64,000 bases of DNA, from NCBI GenBank assembly GCA_039588295.1, contig JBDHAB010000010.1:57914-121913 (forward strand). The letters are read 5' to 3'. The notes under the pieces are model-generated. The model was not told the origin of the DNA. It was given only the letters and a program-made list of their open reading frames with translations, and made no database searches. Source of the stretch: Gemmatimonadota bacterium (lineage in GTDB: Bacteria > Gemmatimonadota > Gemmatimonadetes > Gemmatimonadales > GWC2-71-9). The position numbers were made by a program, and so were the translations under genes. Shown piece after piece: positions 62,284 through 64,000 of this stretch. The stretch's first letter is position 1, and each line of letters starts with the position of its first letter.

Positions 62284-62636
62284 CCTGCACTCTCCTGCTG
62301 GGGGTGCGATTCCACCCATATAATTGTGGATGAGCGGGGTAGCGAGCCGTGATGCGGGTCACTCGATTCTGCAGGATGTTGCTAATCAATGCGTTACAAA
62401 CAGACAGTCTAGGGTCAAAACGGCCTCGCGCCCAACACGTCATCGCACACGAACAGAACGGGCAGACTCGGTCCATCGCGGCCTCCAGTGAGGGATGCGC
62501 GACGGTAGGGCGAGGGTGTCAACGCCGCGTCAACAAGCGACCGTGAAGCCTCAACAGCGAGACTGCGGGCACCTCTCGCTCTGGCTGCGCGGCATCAGAT
62601 GTCCTCCCTTGGGGCACTGCCAGCCGAGGTCACTCC

Positions 62637-64000
62637 ATGACCGACCTGCTGGATCGCCTCAAGAATGCCCTCGCCGACCGCTACGCCATCGAGCGGGAGA
62701 TCGGCAGCGGGGGCATGGCGACCGTCTATCTCGCGCAGGATGTGCGGCACGATCGTCAGGTCGCCATCAAGGTGCTCCGTCCCGACCTCGCCGCGACGCT
62801 CGGTCCCGATCGGTTCCACCGCGAGATCAAAATCGCCGCGAATCTCAATCACCCCCACGTACTACCACTTCATGACTCGGGAGAAGCTGACGGATTTCTC
62901 TTCTACGTGATGCCATACGTGAAAGGGGAGTCACTCAGAGATCGACTGAACCGAGAAAAACAGCTTCCGATAGATGATTCCCTGAAGATCGCCAGTGAAG
63001 TCGCAGACGCTTTAGGCTTCGCTCATGAACACAACATCATCCACCGGGACATCAAGCCCGAGAACATCCTACTCGTAGCCAACCACGCGGCCGTTACTGA
63101 TTTCGGAGTGGCACGCGCTATCGAGGAGGCAGGAGAGACACGCCTCACCGAAACAGGCATCGCTATTGGCACCCCAGCCTACCTGAGTCCCGAGCAAGCG
63201 AGCGGCGAGAGGCAACTAGACGGTCGTACTGACATCTACGCGCTGGGCTGTGTGCTGTATGAGATGTTGGCTGGTGAACCGCCGTTCACGGGTCCCACTG
63301 CTGAGAGCATCGTGCACAAACACCTGACTGCCGAGCCACCTGCTGTCTCCATTGGGCGTCCGACCGTACCCAATGATGTGACCGCAACCGTTTCCAAGGC
63401 GCTGGCGAAGGCTCCGGCAGATCGGTATCAGACAGCGGAGGCGTTGGGCGAAGCGATTGCCGCTGCACAGGTGAGCCTTGTCACTCCGACTGGCGGCATT
63501 ACGTCAACCGACATGCGGTCCGTGAGGACGGCAGCGGTACGGAGTAGGAAGGTTCGGATCGGCGTTGCGGTGGCGGCAGTCGGCATTGCGGCGACAGCGG
63601 CCGTGCTTCTGCTACCTCGCTGGAGTGGTGGAGCATTGGACCCCAATCGCGTGCTCGTCGTCGCTTTCGCAGATGAGAGCGGACGGGAAGAGGTCGAGGC
63701 GCTGGGGAGCTGGGCTCAGGGCCACATCATCCAGGTTCTCAGCGAGGCGGGATTCGCGGAGGTAGTGGGTCATCTCACGGCACTGGCGGTGTCGCAGAAC
63801 GTGGCTGCGGACGGGATGGCAGTGGGACGCGGGGACGTTCTGGCTTTGGCGGATGACGCCCGGGCGGGTACCGTGGTGTCCGGCATCTACTACGCAGAGC
63901 GCGATTCCGTTTACATCCAGACGCACATCACCGACGCCAATGACGGCAGCTCATTGGGAACGGTGCCGCCTGTCGCTGGCCCCATCGGTGAGCGTAGCGG
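62637..64000 (+). CDS. Ser/Thr protein kinase with TM and TolB-N-like domain (runs off the window end)
   Basis: Manual translation: MTDLLDRLKNALADRYAIEREIGSGGMATVY...HRDIKPEN...DFG...GTPAYLSPE...VLVVAFAD; no stop, so absent from the ORF track. Confidence 0.92.
   Translation, partial: MTDLLDRLKNALADRYAIEREIGSGGMATVYLAQDVRHDRQVAIKVLRPDLAATLGPDRFHREIKIAANLNHPHVLPLHDSGEADGFLFYVMPYVKGESLRDRLNREKQLPIDDSLKIASEVADALGFAHEHNIIHRDIKPENILLVANHAAVTDFGVARAIEEAGETRLTETGIAIGTPAYLSPEQASGERQLDGRTDIYALGCVLYEMLAGEPPFTGPTAESIVHKHLTAEPPAVSIGRPTVPNDVTATVSKALAKAPADRYQTAEALGEAIAAAQVSLVTPTGGITSTDMRSVRTAAVRSRKVRIGVAVAAVGIAATAAVLLLPRWSGGALDPNRVLVVAFADESGREEVEALGSWAQGHIIQVLSEAGFAEVVGHLTALAVSQNVAADGMAVGRGDVLALADDARAGTVVSGIYYAERDSVYIQTHITDANDGSSLGTVPPVAGPIGERS

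Overview
GC-rich bacterial chromosomal segment; the kinase repertoire and protein style suggest Gemmatimonadota (inference, not verified). About 53 CDSs; no rRNA, tRNA, CRISPR array, integrase or transposase could be supported. Recognisable content: an NHEJ pair (ku, and ligD co-transcribed with an alpha/beta-hydrolase and an EVE-domain gene); six Hanks-type Ser/Thr kinases, a PP2C phosphatase and a Rab-like GTPase; NhaA; a molybdopterin-oxidoreductase/cysteine-desulfurase fusion; a CcdA-TlpA redox pair facing a peroxiredoxin split by an in-frame TGA at the catalytic position (probable selenoprotein); an internally deleted UMF1-type MFS pseudogene; and a complete reductive pyrimidine catabolism operon. 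The best candidate for an undescribed system is 5.5-18.6 kb: two paralogous membrane-sensor Ser/Thr kinases bracket an HtrA protease, a POTRA-less Omp85 barrel and an exported atypical (HipA/CotH/PI3K-like) kinase, next to two NTT (ATP/ADP translocase-like) transporters. This may be an extracytoplasmic phosphorylation system with its own ATP supply. All calls rest on motif recognition by eye; no database searches were run, and start codons are best estimates.
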